The notes under the pieces were generated by a model. That model searched no databases and was not told the origin of the DNA. It worked only from the letters and a program-made list of their open reading frames with translations. The translations under genes were made by a program, and so were the position numbers. Shown here in pieces: positions 39,001-52,625 of a stretch of 64,000 nt of DNA (positions within the stretch are counted from its first letter, which is position 1; every line of letters starts with the position of its first letter). Source of the stretch: an uncultured Candidatus Poseidoniales archaeon. Its GTDB lineage: Archaea > Thermoplasmatota > Poseidoniia > Poseidoniales > Thalassarchaeaceae. The DNA lies in assembly GCA_964576865.1 (NCBI GenBank), contig CAZNVK010000001.1, positions 50,697-114,696 on the forward strand, given 5' to 3'.

Positions 39001-40830
39001 CTGTACACAATCCTTGCCGGAACGGGTGATGATCTGGGCGCGAAACCCGGAAAGACAGCGACGTTCTCTCTCTCGATTCGAAATACCGGAAATGGTGATA
39101 CTCAGTACTCGGTATCGTGTTCAAGCCCTGAGCAATGGATTATCCACGTCGGTTCGAGCCAATCCTCCTCTATGGTACTCGACCCGCTCAGTCGGCTGCA
39201 ATTCCTACCTCTGCCGATTCACGTGCGCGTTCCTGACACAGAGAACGGCCAACCTGCGGCAGGGACAACAGAAGATGTGACGTGTGTGACCACATCGGTG
39301 CAGGATCCCAGTGTGACGGCGACCGATGTGGCGACCGTGAACGTATTCGAGAGTTATGATTTCACGGTCGACCTAATCGATGATGGTGGCGTTGTGCTGG
39401 GGGCATTGGCTCTTGCGGAGGATAGGGCAGTTCTGAATGGGGACCTATCGGAGACGACAGTACTCGTGACTAACGCAGGAAATCTCCCGATGGATTTCTC
39501 GATGACAATCAGTTCCTCTCTCAACACTTGGAATGCACAATTGGTTCTAGGTGACGAGCAGACGACCGGCGCTCTGGAATTTTCGATACAAGCCGGAGAT
39601 AGCACGACAATTACCGTTCAAATGATGGTTCCTCTCAACGCTGAGATGGACACGAGGAATACACTGACTCTCCGCACTACATTGGTCGGGGGCGAGATGG
39701 TAACCAATGGAACGCGATTCATCGTACAGGAGATTGCTGCCCTAGAGGCCTCTGAAGGCGATTCGATTGCAGTCTCTCTCGGTCAGACTGGGACAGCGGA
39801 TGTCTGGGTGCGCAATGCTGGAAATGTTCCTCTTACACTTACCTGGAGTATCGGCAGCCTGCCTCATGGGTGGGTGGGTGGATTCCAATCCATCATCCCT
39901 ACCTCATTGGAGATGAACAGAGAGGCTTTGGTCACAGTCGGGCTGGATGTCCCTGGCAATCTGCCCGTTGGGATCAGCACCGGCATGGTGCCCGTCATCG
40001 TTGAAGCGGTCACGCCGGGCTCCGAGACGGTGACTCACACGTTTGAATTGGAAGTGGAGATTTTACCCTCAGTTTGGGCCTATCTGACTCCTGATGAGAT
40101 TTCGCTGAATGATATCGCAACAGAGGGTGATGGCATCTTTACAATCACTGTTGAGAATCTAGGAAATTCTAATTCGGGATTCACCTTTGAGGTGGGTGAG
40201 GTTGATTATTGGTCTTTCGAGGTTGATCCTGTCTCTGTTGAGATGATTCCAGCAGGAGGTTCGGTCGAAATTACAGTAAAGGCCACTCCAACTCCGTCTG
40301 CTGCTCTCGGGCTGACGAGTTTTATCCTATATGCTAATTCAACCGATGACGGGACGAGCAACTCGGTGACGAATTCCGAGCTCGTCCTCGAGGTCTCTCG
40401 CGCGCGAGATGACTCATGCAGCGGAATCGGTTGTCTGATGGTCAAACTCGGTTTGCCAAAGTGGGCTCTCGCCCTCGTCTTCCTATTCGTCCTCGCTGGC
40501 GTCGGCGTGGTGATGGTGCGAATGCGACGTGAATCCGAGGCTGCGATGAGTCCAGATGAGGAATTGATACCGTTAGGGTCGGCTCTCCATTCCGGATCTC
40601 AGGGCGAACGTCGAGCCATGGCTTTGGAGACCAGTTCGGCCGGTGAGGTTCTCAGTAAGGCTGTTAGTTCTGATGAGATCTCGGATGTTCTCGCCTCAAG
40701 CATGCCCTCTCTCTCCTTACCACCGGTTCCACCTGGCGCAATGCCACTTCCTCCGAGTGGTTTACCCGAGGGTTGGACAATGGACCAATGGGTCGCCTAC
40801 GGTCATATTTGGCATGAGCAGAACAAGTGA
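36043..40830 (+). CDS. Large membrane-anchored S8 (subtilisin-like) serine peptidase with CARDB/Ig-like repeats
   Basis: Signal peptide; triad [29 protein letters not shown] and [13 protein letters not shown]-terminal TM and Pro/Trp tail. Confidence 0.9.
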   Translation: MNDRRMVLLTLVMLMLSGWSAGLVTATSNDEVNAPQHIGSEAATSDFMSFSNVDESTHELRSNSGLIHSPFGSFDPLEQPLPIGPENIYDPAALERTRFALVQSTSADLTQLYFALGEFGVNSIETVPDDTFLIQIPRNLDARQTLADLRESEYVRWAGELPISWRVSPAIAAIAGRQAVTVDLDLTPTPGLSSVELESLSQDLLSISGEVGPRSICDAHLCQPKAVNAIWIPILAMDGRILHLHESSRLTIHNSVASQIAGISQALVDSANTLNGSGEVLAISDTGLDADHGDFDGRVRGIYHQFGPDNSALDRNSGHGTHVAATLLGDGSGDISALGMVPAATFHFYQLEVDSSGIMARWGSLYDMFSHSWQNSARIQTNSWGNENLVGEYSSDSRSADAFIVDNPRFLVLFSAGDLGADGPSTITPPGTAKNVLTVGASTTGSEGSDPAGDVPDFSSMGATLDGRIKPDLVAPGVLLCSAQAEEAQSPDGESCTSATHDDGSTPLYMSLNGSSMATAVAAGGATMLRQHLRTEQGITEPRSDLIKAILINSANDIGSADIPNAAEGWGQIDVANAIQPRESGTDLNLLYDDSRQLEPGHSFVYTFDVDNSAGLDVTLVWVDSESSTISNQSAAKLVNDLDLTATSPDGTEYLGNVFASGQSTAGGSADRLNNVERVSIPAGNGGMWTITIGHAGGLTQSFALVATGLLQEETTADLTVFEGSLSTSILAPLQGDTVLVEAAWRNQAAKASGAYTVEIEDLTEGTILYTSNRNSLAGGASASLSFPHVFQTTGEHILELRLDTGDDVIELNDENTGVDNNRYQLTVQISQIGVRITPLMEDGSIPQTPVDLAQAMTRTLDPSTGSIIIYDFILQNEGTSPISVGLSVTPLQRIDDQGILQAPRDEWWKLLNETGPWDLAEGGNEGDSTRVTLTLEDVDADLTDPTGARYALPGTFVNDLNLFDKNAPTVSHTIRVTSTVERIEGLYTILAGTGDDLGAKPGKTATFSLSIRNTGNGDTQYSVSCSSPEQWIIHVGSSQSSSMVLDPLSRLQFLPLPIHVRVPDTENGQPAAGTTEDVTCVTTSVQDPSVTATDVATVNVFESYDFTVDLIDDGGVVLGALALAEDRAVLNGDLSETTVLVTNAGNLPMDFSMTISSSLNTWNAQLVLGDEQTTGALEFSIQAGDSTTITVQMMVPLNAEMDTRNTLTLRTTLVGGEMVTNGTRFIVQEIAALEASEGDSIAVSLGQTGTADVWVRNAGNVPLTLTWSIGSLPHGWVGGFQSIIPTSLEMNREALVTVGLDVPGNLPVGISTGMVPVIVEAVTPGSETVTHTFELEVEILPSVWAYLTPDEISLNDIATEGDGIFTITVENLGNSNSGFTFEVGEVDYWSFEVDPVSVEMIPAGGSVEITVKATPTPSAALGLTSFILYANSTDDGTSNSVTNSELVLEVSRARDDSCSGIGCLMVKLGLPKWALALVFLFVLAGVGVVMVRMRRESEAAMSPDEELIPLGSALHSGSQGERRAMALETSSAGEVLSKAVSSDEISDVLASSMPSLSLPPVPPGAMPLPPSGLPEGWTMDQWVAYGHIWHEQNK

Positions 40831-40877
40831 TCGCGCTCAGGGTCTGTCTTAAGACCGTGAGGCGGCTGGCGCGGCCG

Positions 40878-41504
40878 ATGACTGGATCGATAGTCCTCTT
40901 CGGCCCGCCTGGCGCTGGAAAAGGCACTCAGGCGGGACGAATCGTTGCTCTCACCGGCAAGCCTCAGGTCTCTACAGGCGACATGCTGCGAGAGGCGGTC
41001 AAAGCTGGATCCCCAATGGGGATGGCCGCGAAGGAATACATGGATGCAGGATTACTGGTCCCTGACGAGGTCATCATCGGTCTGATAGAGGAGCGTCTAC
41101 AGCAGGACGATGCTGCTTCAGGCGTACTCTTCGATGGATTTCCTAGGACGATTCCACAGGCGGAAGCGCTAGAGCAGATTGCCGATGTGGCCTCGGTAAT
41201 CTCGATTGAGGTGCCCGATGAAGCCATCGTCGAGCGCATCGTCGGGCGGAGGATGGATCCAGAGACCGGCGAGATTTATCATGTCAAGTTCAAGCAGGCT
41301 CCCGCAGAGGTAGAGGAGCGCTTGATTCAGAGGCTGGACGACACAGAGGAGACTGTCAGAGCTCGTCTAGTAGCATATCACGCTCAGACTGCACCTCTTG
41401 CTGATTGGTACGCTGAGCGTGGAGTTCTGATTAGAATTGACGGCAATGCCCCGATCGATGAGGTCGGTGTGTCGGTCGAAGCTGCCGTGAGTTCTGCAAT
41501 CTGA
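40878..41504 (+). CDS. adk: Adenylate kinase (bacterial-type, LID without zinc cysteines)
   Basis: [31 protein letters not shown] and QRLDD.EE. Confidence 0.95.
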   Translation: MTGSIVLFGPPGAGKGTQAGRIVALTGKPQVSTGDMLREAVKAGSPMGMAAKEYMDAGLLVPDEVIIGLIEERLQQDDAASGVLFDGFPRTIPQAEALEQIADVASVISIEVPDEAIVERIVGRRMDPETGEIYHVKFKQAPAEVEERLIQRLDDTEETVRARLVAYHAQTAPLADWYAERGVLIRIDGNAPIDEVGVSVEAAVSSAI

Positions 41505-41513
41505 GGTGAGGGA

Positions 41514-41840
41514 ATGGCACGCCGAAGGAGAGCCCGAGATACTGGTGTCCGTCAAAAGCGTGGTGAGGAGGCGGTCGAGTATCTGGGTGAAGTTCTCGAC
41601 AATTATGCCTCATCAGACCCAGAGGTCGCCCAGGCCGCCTCTCGTGATCTGATGCGCGTCGTCAGGCGCCATTCAGTCACGGCACCCCCTGATCTACGGG
41701 AGAAAGCCTGCCGAGGCTGCGGAGCCGCTCTTGTTCACGGGCGCAACACGCGGGTGAGAATCTATTGCGAAATGCGTCTCACAACCTGTCTGACTTGTGG
41801 CAGAGTCAACAGAAAGAGTTTGAATCAAGAGGTGGAGTAA
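41514..41840 (+). CDS. rnp4: RNase P protein component Rpp21
   Basis: CRGCG..LVHG...RVRI...TCLTCG; located before a CRM-domain gene. Confidence 0.8.
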   Translation: MARRRRARDTGVRQKRGEEAVEYLGEVLDNYASSDPEVAQAASRDLMRVVRRHSVTAPPDLREKACRGCGAALVHGRNTRVRIYCEMRLTTCLTCGRVNRKSLNQEVE

Positions 41841-42112
41841 TGACCTCGGCCCCAAAGCGAATCAAGCAGCAAGCGATGGATCGAGGCCTCATTATCTCTG
41901 TAAGAATCGGCAGAAACGGCCTGACCGATTCACTGGTACAAGAAATGAAGGACCAATTGGCCAAGAGGAGTCTGGTCAAGGTGAAGGCCAACCGCGGGGT
42001 TGTCGAAGGCTCAGATGAGCGGTCGGGTTTGTTCGATGCAATTGCGGAGAGCACAAGCTCACATGTGGTTTTCTCACGCGGTAATGTGGCCGTTTTCTGG
42101 TCGGGTGAATGA
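41840..42112 (+). CDS. yhbY: YhbY/CRM-domain RNA-binding protein
   Basis: VRIGRNGLT, LVKVK, RGNVAVF; TAATG overlap with the upstream gene. Confidence 0.85.
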   Translation: MTSAPKRIKQQAMDRGLIISVRIGRNGLTDSLVQEMKDQLAKRSLVKVKANRGVVEGSDERSGLFDAIAESTSSHVVFSRGNVAVFWSGE

Positions 42113-42183
42113 GGTCTCCCTCGGTAAGGCGGGTCAATTTCTGATAGTGAGTTATTTAGAGGCATCAAAGGTCGGCCGGTTCA

Positions 42184-43590
42184 ATGATTACCGAAGCCCA
42201 GGTCGTTCTCGCGATCTTCGTTCTGTCCTTTGCCTTAATTCTGTCAGAGGTGGTGCATCGTACAATCGCCGCTTGGTTCGGTTCTGTTTTGATGCTTCTA
42301 TACGGTCACTACACCGGTGTCTTCCACCTCCACGAGCAGTATAATATGGCTGGAGAATTGATCAAGACCTATACGCTTGAGCACACTATGATTGGATGGA
42401 TTGAGTGGGAGGTAATCGGCCTCCTCCTCGGAATGATGATTTTCGCTTCTATCCTTGAGCTCTGTGGATTCTTCGAATATGTCGCAATCAAGGCGTCTAA
42501 GATGAGTAAAGGTGACCCTTGGAGACTAATCGTCCTTCTGGGTACATTCACCACACTCATCTCCCTCGTCATCGACAATGTCACTGCTATCATCATCATC
42601 GCACCTGTGACCTTGAGGATTTGCAATAAGTTGGAGATCAATCCGGTTCCACCTCTGTTGGCCGAAGCGATTCTCTCAGATACCGGTGGAGTGGCTTCGA
42701 TGGTGGGTGACCCTCCGAATGTGATGATTGCAGCCGCAGCGGCAGACGCGTCTCCAATCTTAGATGCGTTCTCATTCAACGGCTTCCTACTCAAACTCGG
42801 AATTCTCACTTTCTTCGCTTGGGTTGCAACCCTTGGATACTTCCGCTGGTACTACAAGGATTGGACTTCACAGAAGCCTCCTCATGTTGAGCTATTAATG
42901 GAGGAAGACGAATGGGATGCTATCAATGACAAGCAATTGATGTACACGACTCTGGTGATTCTTGGTTTGACTGTAGTGGCATTCTCGGCCAAGTCTTTCC
43001 TCGATCTTGAAATCGAGATTGACGGCATTGCTTTGGCTGGTGCTGGATTCGCTCTGATTGCCGCCCGCCCAAAGAACGAGGAATTAAGAGAGGGATTCAT
43101 CAATGACGTCGTCGATAAGGTCGAATGGCAAGCGTTGCTCTTCTTCGCAGGACTATTCCTTCTGGTTGGAGGGGTCGGCGACGTGGGCTATCTGGATCAG
43201 GTCGCGAATTGGATCTTCGACAACTTCGGTGACGATGAGGTGAAGCTTGCCGTCGCTATAATCTGGGTCTCTGCAATCGCCAGCGCTCTCATTGACAATA
43301 TCCCATTTACCGCTGCGATGATCCCTGTGATATTCAGCATCACCGAGGCGAGTGGTGGAGCTCTCAGCCCAGAGCCTCTGCTCTGGGCCTTGGCGATGGG
43401 TGCTGGATTCGGTGGCAATGCCACGCCAATCGGTTCTAGCGCGAACGTGATGACGGTTGCTATCAGCGAGCGAGGTCCCTACCCTATCACCACGAAGGAG
43501 TGGGTCAGAGCAGGTTTGCCTGTGATGCTCATCACCTGTGTTGTGGCGACCCTCTTCATGATGGCATTCCACGGTGCGCTCTACTCATGA
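42184..43590 (+). CDS. ArsB/NhaD (ion transporter superfamily) membrane transporter
   Basis: About 12 TM segments, IDNVT, GDPPN, IDNIPF and GGNATPIGSSAN. Confidence 0.88.
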   Translation: MITEAQVVLAIFVLSFALILSEVVHRTIAAWFGSVLMLLYGHYTGVFHLHEQYNMAGELIKTYTLEHTMIGWIEWEVIGLLLGMMIFASILELCGFFEYVAIKASKMSKGDPWRLIVLLGTFTTLISLVIDNVTAIIIIAPVTLRICNKLEINPVPPLLAEAILSDTGGVASMVGDPPNVMIAAAAADASPILDAFSFNGFLLKLGILTFFAWVATLGYFRWYYKDWTSQKPPHVELLMEEDEWDAINDKQLMYTTLVILGLTVVAFSAKSFLDLEIEIDGIALAGAGFALIAARPKNEELREGFINDVVDKVEWQALLFFAGLFLLVGGVGDVGYLDQVANWIFDNFGDDEVKLAVAIIWVSAIASALIDNIPFTAAMIPVIFSITEASGGALSPEPLLWALAMGAGFGGNATPIGSSANVMTVAISERGPYPITTKEWVRAGLPVMLITCVVATLFMMAFHGALYS

Positions 43591-43699
43591 GATACAGAGC
43601 CAATACCCACGCGCCAGGCTAGCCGTGCGAGAGGTAACTCGGCCTGGCTAGGGCGCTAGCCGGCGACAGCATCAAGCCCAGATGACCTACCGTTGGTAC

Positions 43700-44191
43700 A
43701 TGCTTGCCTGCCTCGTCTGCCAGATGGTGCTGGGAAGTCCGGGGACTTGTCCTCTCTGTGGAAGTGAGGTAAGAGATGCAGCGGAAGTCGTACACCATAC
43801 GGAGAATTCGAGTCAATCCGAAGCCGATTCAGTCGGCCTTCCATTCGGCCTAGGAGAGGATCTCTCGATCCCACCGACAACCATCCTCCCCTTCGGCATT
43901 GAAGAGGCTCCAGACACACCCACAGAAGCCTCTGAGGGTCCTACAAAGGCAGCCTCAATCCTAGAAGACCAAGGTCTCCCATTCGGTATCGAAGACGCTC
44001 CTATCACCCCTCCTAATCCCGCACCGATGCCCGGTGCAGAATCCACCTCCACCACTCTGCCATTTGGCATCGAGGATTCACCCTCAGAATCACCTCCGGA
44101 AACAGAGAATTTACCCTCGAACGAGAGCCGGATTCCAACCTCAGAATTGCCCTTCGGAATAGAGCATATGCATCACACCCCGATAGAATGA
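43700..44191 (+). CDS. Zinc-ribbon protein with five LPFG(I/L) repeats in a disordered tail
   Basis: CLVC...CPLCG followed by LPFGLGE, LPFGIEEAP, LPFGIEDAP, LPFGIEDSP and LPFGIEH. Confidence 0.6.
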   Translation: MLACLVCQMVLGSPGTCPLCGSEVRDAAEVVHHTENSSQSEADSVGLPFGLGEDLSIPPTTILPFGIEEAPDTPTEASEGPTKAASILEDQGLPFGIEDAPITPPNPAPMPGAESTSTTLPFGIEDSPSESPPETENLPSNESRIPTSELPFGIEHMHHTPIE

Positions 44192-44364
44192 CTGATTCCG
44201 GCTCTCAATACGGCGTTCAGACCCCACCTTGAACGACCCGCGTAGTTCATATACCGGAGGTAGGTCGCACGCCTGCTTTTGGTGCACCCTTGTATGGGCA
44301 CATACAGGGGGAAGTGGTCGAGAACGCTCCGCCCTGCGGGGAGACGGAGTGTTCTGAGAGACCA

Positions 44365-44446
44365 GATAGAATCGATATGCCTGGACACCAGAGGAGACGA
44401 CTGAACAGTTGTTCAGTCCTCACAAAAATGTGGGTAATGTAGAAAT
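44365..44446 (+). other. 5' arm of the pre-23S processing stem (bulge-helix-bulge)
   Basis: GATAGAATCGA...TGCCT GGAC ACC AGAGG and CACAAAAATGTGGGTAATGTAGAAA are complementary to 47335-47394. Confidence 0.8.
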
Positions 44447-44451
44447 CAAAA

Positions 44452-47331
<2,880 letters not shown>

Positions 47332-47334
47332 ATC

Positions 47335-47394
47335 TTTCTACTTGCCCACACAATTTTTGTGGGCCTCTGTCCAATAGGCAGATTCGATTCTATC
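47335..47394 (+). other. 3' arm of the pre-23S processing stem (bulge-helix-bulge)
   Basis: TTTCTACTTGCCCACACAATTTTTGTG and CCTCT GTCC AAT AGGCA...TCGATTCTATC pair with 44365-44446. Confidence 0.8.
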
Positions 47395-47417
47395 ACCAAA
47401 CACATTCGAAGGAGAGT

Positions 47418-47539
47418 TGTGCACGGCCACAGCGGAGGGGTAATACCCGGTCCCATATCGAACCCGGAAGTCAAGTCCTCCTGCGTCGTACTCTGTACTG
47501 TGGTGCGAGAGCCCACGGGAACTTGCGTCGCTGTGCCAC
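47418..47539 (+). rRNA. rrf: 5S ribosomal RNA; ends approximate
   Basis: GGCCACAGCGG...ACCCGGTCCCATATCGAACCCGGAAGTCAAG...GTACTGTGGTGCGAGAGCCCACGGGAA...CGCTG, flanked by the complementary GAAGGAGAG/CTCTCCTTC pair. Confidence 0.93.
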
Positions 47540-47614
47540 TCTCCTTCACCTCCCCGCATCAACATTCATCCACCATGGGCGGAGCCATCCGTATAGACGA
47601 AGACAGGTGAGACC

Positions 47615-48277
47615 ATGGGAATTTCGACCGGCGACATTCTTGGACACGCCCAAGTTGGCGTTTACCTGAGCGTTGTCGGCGATGTTTTGTTCCATCCTTC
47701 ATCTTTGGATCAGCCTGCAGTCGAAGAGTTGACTGCTGCATTTGATATGGAGATGCACCCATGTCTGATCGGAGGCTCGGCTTTGCTGGGTTCTCTGGTT
47801 CGAGGCAATACGAAGGGTTTGGCGGTCGCCGATATCGCGACTGAGGCAGATCTCGATGAGTTGAGCAGTTTTGGAGACCTCGTCGTTCTCGAGAGCGGCG
47901 TGAACGCGGCTGGAAATCTGCTAAGTTGCAATGAGCACGGCGCTATCGTCAGCCCAGTGATCCCTGGTCCCGGGGCTGAGATGATTGGTGAGGTGCTCAA
48001 GGTCGATGCCGTGCGCTCGAAGATCGCAGGTCAGGAGACGGTGGGCTCGCTTTCCGTCGCGAATAACAAGGGAGTCCTCGCTCACCCTGACATCTCTGCC
48101 GAGGAGGCGGAGCGAATCGCAGAGATCATGCAGGTCCCAGTGATGGTCGGCACCGTTTGTTTTGGTTCGCCATATGTCGGTGCCGGGTGTGTCGCGAGCG
48201 AGACTCATGCCTTTGTCGGGTCAGGCTCGACCGGACCCGAGTTGAATCGTATCGAAGATGCGCTCGGACTCATTTGA
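47615..48277 (+). CDS. eif6: Translation initiation factor 6 (aIF6)
   Basis: VGVY, IGGSALLGSL..GN, AGNL..CNEHGA, VANNKGVLAHP, GTV.FGSPYVG and TGPELNRIEDAL; AGGTGA SD. Confidence 0.93.
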   Translation: MGISTGDILGHAQVGVYLSVVGDVLFHPSSLDQPAVEELTAAFDMEMHPCLIGGSALLGSLVRGNTKGLAVADIATEADLDELSSFGDLVVLESGVNAAGNLLSCNEHGAIVSPVIPGPGAEMIGEVLKVDAVRSKIAGQETVGSLSVANNKGVLAHPDISAEEAERIAEIMQVPVMVGTVCFGSPYVGAGCVASETHAFVGSGSTGPELNRIEDALGLI

Positions 48278-48306
48278 GTGGACTTACGTTACGGCTGAGC
48301 GAGCCC

Positions 48307-49536
48307 TCATCGGAATCTCGATGCATCGAACGGTGCATCTTTGTCGATGCGCTCGGCGACCTCAGGCATCGGATATTTCAGCCCGGTCGCGGTATTGAAC
48401 AGGACGACTTGGTCCGACTTGGAGACGAGTCCCTGTTCGAGTGCCTGCTCGTAGGCAGCGAATGTCGCAGCCCCTTCTGGACATAAGAGCAGGCCGTCCT
48501 CGCGACCCACGCGGTCGCGAGCATCCATCAATTCCTCATCTGAGACGGCGATTGCGAAGCCGCCAGATTCGCGAACCGCGCGTAGAATCAGGAAATCGCC
48601 AATCGCCGCAGGCACGCGGATTCCACTCGCTTCCGTCTCTGCATTCTGCCAGAACTCGGCGTGCTCCACGCCGTCCTGCCAAGCCTTCACCATCGGCGCG
48701 CATCCAGTCGATTGCACAGCCACCATCCGAGGCAATGCGCAATCGATCCACCCCAATTCGAGCAACTCGTGGAAGGCCTTCCACATGCCGATCAAGCCAG
48801 TCCCACCACCGGTGGGATAGAAGATCACATCCGGCAAATCCCAACCGAGTTGCTCGGCCAATTCTAACCCCATCGTCTTCTTCCCCTCGATGCGATAAGG
48901 CTCCTTCAGGGTCGAGACGGCGAACCAACCGAGCTCATTCTTCCCCGCAGCGATGATACCACCACAATCTCCGATCAGCCCGTTCACAAGGTACGTATCA
49001 CCGCCTTGAGCCAGCGTCTCGGAGGTATTGATCACAGGTGTGTTATCAGGGCACAATACGGTGGTTCGCATGCCAGCGCGAGCAGCATAAGCTGCGAGCG
49101 CTGACCCAGCATTTCCATTGGTTGGAATCGCCAAATGACCCAAACCAAATTCCTTAGCCATGGAGACAGCCAAACACAATCCCCGCGCCTTGAACGAACC
49201 GGTCGGCAGGCGCGACTCATCCTTGACGAGCACCTCCCCCTCCCCGCTCAATCCGAGGTGCTCGACACTCCTCTCAAGCCTGATGAGGGGAGTGACAACC
49301 TCGCCCAGACTCACCCGATTCGCCGCATCTGCAACCGGCAATAGCGGCGAATACCGCCAAAACCCAGCTTCACTCGACCCCTCGACCGAGCCCCGACTAA
49401 CCTCTTCCCGCATCCGGGCGAGGTCGTACTTCACCAGCAATGGTTTGCCCGCCGAAGAAAGCGTGTGGACCTTTCCTTTTTCGAGCACTACCCCTGTGTA
49501 CGCACATTCGAGGTGGGTCACATAATCGGTTGACAT
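48307..49536 (-). CDS. thrC: Threonine synthase (PLP-dependent, fold II)
   Basis: VSLGEVVTPL, KDESRLPTGSFKARG, TNGNAG, EPYRIEGKKTMG, YPTGGGTG and FNTATGLKY. Confidence 0.88.
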   Translation of the reverse strand: MSTDYVTHLECAYTGVVLEKGKVHTLSSAGKPLLVKYDLARMREEVSRGSVEGSSEAGFWRYSPLLPVADAANRVSLGEVVTPLIRLERSVEHLGLSGEGEVLVKDESRLPTGSFKARGLCLAVSMAKEFGLGHLAIPTNGNAGSALAAYAARAGMRTTVLCPDNTPVINTSETLAQGGDTYLVNGLIGDCGGIIAAGKNELGWFAVSTLKEPYRIEGKKTMGLELAEQLGWDLPDVIFYPTGGGTGLIGMWKAFHELLELGWIDCALPRMVAVQSTGCAPMVKAWQDGVEHAEFWQNAETEASGIRVPAAIGDFLILRAVRESGGFAIAVSDEELMDARDRVGREDGLLLCPEGAATFAAYEQALEQGLVSKSDQVVLFNTATGLKYPMPEVAERIDKDAPFDASRFR

Positions 49537-49586
49537 CAGCGCTGCTCTCGCGAATCAAGCCAATGAATATGCCGCGAGCGAATCAA

Positions 49587-49817
49587 TCAAATCGCGGTTG
49601 GAGCGACGTGACCGTCCTCCTTATCATCCTTCGAACGGACACGATTCCAAACATTCGTCATCAGCTCATCATGATGCTCTTTACAGTAGTGAAATCGACG
49701 ATATGCTTCACGGAATGAATATGCTTTCTTTCCAGTCGCGACGAGGAATCCTTCAGGCGAAAGACGGCTAATCTTGTCTCCTTCGACCTCACATCCCGGA
49801 TAATCGCAGGTCGCCAT
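49587..49817 (-). CDS. Small putative zinc-binding protein (76 aa)
   Basis: CDYPGC...YCKEH; GAGGTGG SD; directly downstream of the biotin carrier gene. Confidence 0.65.
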   Translation of the reverse strand: MATCDYPGCEVEGDKISRLSPEGFLVATGKKAYSFREAYRRFHYCKEHHDELMTNVWNRVRSKDDKEDGHVAPTAI

Positions 49818-49833
49818 GATTCCACCTCAACAC

Positions 49834-50259
49834 TCACTCAGTTTTGTCTTCTTCGTCGCTGTTGTCTTGTTCGGGCTCGATGACTACCAGCGGCGAGTTT
49901 GCTTCGACGCTTTCGCCCGGCTTGCAGTTGATGCTTGAGACGGTACCTGACACTGGCGCGTGAATCTCATTCTGCATCTTCATCGCCTCGAGAATCATCA
50001 CCACTTCTCCCTCGGCGACGCTCTGTCCTTCGCGAACCGAAATCGAGACGACCTTGCCTGGGATAGAGGAGGAAATCGTTCCCGACTTCTTGCCTCGCCC
50101 ACTCCGCTTGCGCTTCTTCGCACCCTGCTCGGCAGCGGATCCTCCTTCGACTTCTATCGAGAATGATTTGCCGCCGACGCTGACCTGCCAGACGCCGTCG
50201 GCCTTTTCGAGTTCGACCTCGAACTCGTCACCGTCGACCTTGACCTTACGAGTTACCAT
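49834..50259 (-). CDS. Biotin carboxyl carrier protein
   Basis: PGKVV...LEAMKMQNEI biotinylation motif. Confidence 0.92.
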   Translation of the reverse strand: MVTRKVKVDGDEFEVELEKADGVWQVSVGGKSFSIEVEGGSAAEQGAKKRKRSGRGKKSGTISSSIPGKVVSISVREGQSVAEGEVVMILEAMKMQNEIHAPVSGTVSSINCKPGESVEANSPLVVIEPEQDNSDEEDKTE

Positions 50260-50316
50260 TAGATCACCATCGAATGCTTGTTTGAGCGGGTGGAGGGTTG
50301 ATTCTGAATCATCTGT

Positions 50317-50508
50317 TCACCTCGTAACGCTCCTGCGTGTACGCGCGCGGAACAGGTTTCTGCGGCCGATTAGCGCGCGGCGATGGTCGCGCGACCAAGC
50401 ATCGCCTCCTTCGCGCCCCTCGCTCGGGCCGAGGGTGTCACCTTCTGATTCCTCGGCTAGCACTGCGGCGATTGCTGCGGCGAGATATTTGTCCTTCTTT
50501 CGGGCCAT
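50317..50508 (-). CDS. Small acyl-CoA carboxylase epsilon/PccX-like subunit
   Basis: AAAIAAVL helix and AW...R motif; lies between the carboxyltransferase and biotin carrier genes. Confidence 0.6.
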   Translation of the reverse strand: MARKKDKYLAAAIAAVLAEESEGDTLGPSEGREGGDAWSRDHRRALIGRRNLFRARTRRSVTR

Positions 50509-50519
50509 TCTGACATTCC

Positions 50520-52073
50520 TCACAGTGGGATATTGCCGTGTTTGCGGGCTGGGCGGATCTCCTCCTTCTCGAGGAGGGCGCCCAGTGCCTTGGTGAGTTT
50601 TGCGCGGGTTTCACGTGGCTGGATGACATCGTCGAGGTAGCCTAGTGAGGCCGCGCGGTACGGGTTAGCGAATGTGTCTTCGTAATCGTCGATGAGTCGC
50701 TTGCGCTCGCCTTCTGGGTCGCCGGCTGAGCCGATTCTCCTGCGATGGATGATCTGCACGGCTCCCTCGGCGCCCATCACTGCGAGTTGGGCTGTGGGCC
50801 AAGCGATGTTGTAATCGCCTCGGATATGCTTGCTGCTCATCACATCGTAGGCGCCTCCGTAGGCCTTGCGGGTGATGACTGTGAGTTTGGGAACTGTCGC
50901 TTCGGCGTATGCGTAGAGGAGTTTTGCGCCGTGGCGGATGATTCCGCCCCATTCCTGGCTTGCACCGGGTAGGAATCCGGGGACGTCGACGAAGGTAAGG
51001 AGTGGGATGTTGAAAGCGTCGCAGAAGCGGACGAATCTGGCTGCCTTGACCGAGGCATCGATGTCGAGGCAGCCCGCCAAGACCTTTGGTTGGTTGGCGA
51101 CGATACCGACCGTATGTCCGCCGAGTCGCCCGAAGCCGACTACGATGTTTCCAGCGAAATCGGCTTGAACCTCGAGGAAGGCGCCATCGTCGAGGGTTGC
51201 TTCGATAGCGTCGATGATATCGTAAGGGGTGGTTGAATCGTTGGGAATCAAATCGTCAAGAGACTCGCAAACCCTGTCGAAGGGGTCGCTCGACGCCTTG
51301 GTCGGTGGCTTTTCCAGATTGTTGAGAGGCAAGAGTCCGACGAGGTCGCGAACCAAGTCCAGTGCCTCGTCGTCGTCCTCGGCGGTGAAATGGGTGACAC
51401 CGGAACGAGATGCGTGAGTCGCAGCCCCGCCGAGGTCCTCGAAAGAGACTTCTTCATTGGTCACCGTCTTGATCACCTCAGGTCCGGTGATGAACATGTG
51501 AGCGGTCTGGTCGACCATCACCACGAAGTCGGTTATCGCAGGTGAATAGACCGCTCCGCCAGCGCATGGTCCCATAATCACGGAAATCTGTGGAATTACT
51601 CCGCTGGCGCGAACATTGCGGAAGAAAATCTCGGCGTAGGAGCCTAAGCTCGCTACGCCTTCCTGGATTCGGGCGCCGCCGCTATCATTCAATCCAATCA
51701 CCGGCGCGCCCGTCTTCAATGCCATATCCAGAATCTTGCAGATCTTCAGGCCGTGCATCTCGCCCAGCGAACCTCCGTAAACGGTGAAATCCTGGGCGAA
51801 GCAATACACAGTCCGACCATCGATGGTTCCGTGTCCGCAAACCACCCCATCGCCCGGAATTACGTTGCGATCCATATCGAAATCCCGACATCGATGCTCG
51901 ACCAATCCATCGACTTCGACAAAGGAGTCCTCATCCAATAATTGCTCGATTCTCTCGCGCGCGGTCATTTTACCGCGCGCGTGCTGAGCTGCAATCCTCT
52001 TCTGGCCGCCGCCAGCCTCCGCCTGCGCCTTGCGGCGGCGCAAGTCATCGATGCGCTCCTTCACACCTGACAT
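50520..52073 (-). CDS. pccB: Acyl-CoA carboxylase carboxyltransferase subunit (PccB/MmdA family)
   Basis: [47 protein letters not shown] and KHGNIPL. Confidence 0.92.
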   Translation of the reverse strand: MSGVKERIDDLRRRKAQAEAGGGQKRIAAQHARGKMTARERIEQLLDEDSFVEVDGLVEHRCRDFDMDRNVIPGDGVVCGHGTIDGRTVYCFAQDFTVYGGSLGEMHGLKICKILDMALKTGAPVIGLNDSGGARIQEGVASLGSYAEIFFRNVRASGVIPQISVIMGPCAGGAVYSPAITDFVVMVDQTAHMFITGPEVIKTVTNEEVSFEDLGGAATHASRSGVTHFTAEDDDEALDLVRDLVGLLPLNNLEKPPTKASSDPFDRVCESLDDLIPNDSTTPYDIIDAIEATLDDGAFLEVQADFAGNIVVGFGRLGGHTVGIVANQPKVLAGCLDIDASVKAARFVRFCDAFNIPLLTFVDVPGFLPGASQEWGGIIRHGAKLLYAYAEATVPKLTVITRKAYGGAYDVMSSKHIRGDYNIAWPTAQLAVMGAEGAVQIIHRRRIGSAGDPEGERKRLIDDYEDTFANPYRAASLGYLDDVIQPRETRAKLTKALGALLEKEEIRPARKHGNIPL

Positions 52074-52190
52074 GATATGCCTCGCAACGAGGAGAAGCCG
52101 CCCATGAGCATTCCCTTTGAGACAGCACTAGGCCTTAGGTCACAATCGGTTGCTTGAAGGGCATCGAAGTGGTGGGACAATCGACCGAAG

Positions 52191-52625
52191 ATGCGGATAG
52201 TCGTCGCCAAACCCGGTCTGGACGGGCATGACAGGGGAGCCAAAGTCATCGCACGCGCCCTCAGGGATGGGGGCCACGAGGTCATCTACACCGGACTACG
52301 CCGGACTCCTGCTGAAATCGTTAGGATAGTTACCGACGAGGATGCTGCAGCGGTTGGTCTCTCGTCGCTGTCGGGGGCTCACGCAGTGCTGATTCCGCGG
52401 GTTTGTGAGGGACTGCGTGAGGCTGGGATGGATCATGTTGTCGTGTTCGCAGGTGGGATAATTCCCGAACACGACCGGCCGGCCCTCTATTCCGACGGGG
52501 TACGGGCCGTATTCGGGCCGGGAACGACGACGGCCGAGATTCTCGAGTTTCTCGCCACACTCGATGAGCGGGGCGAGTCCGGAGAAGCGACCGGCGTCGG
52601 AGAAGAGGCTGGGTGGCATTGGTGA
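52191..52625 (+). CDS. Methylmalonyl-CoA mutase B12-binding subunit
   Basis: [13 protein letters not shown] (DxHxxG), SSLSGAH, GGIIP and FGPGT. Confidence 0.92.
   Translation: MRIVVAKPGLDGHDRGAKVIARALRDGGHEVIYTGLRRTPAEIVRIVTDEDAAAVGLSSLSGAHAVLIPRVCEGLREAGMDHVVVFAGGIIPEHDRPALYSDGVRAVFGPGTTTAEILEFLATLDERGESGEATGVGEEAGWHW

Noticed and set aside
43600..43680. GC-rich inverted repeats as a possible SRP or RNase P RNA
   Set aside because: The region is too short and lacks the conserved signature motifs.
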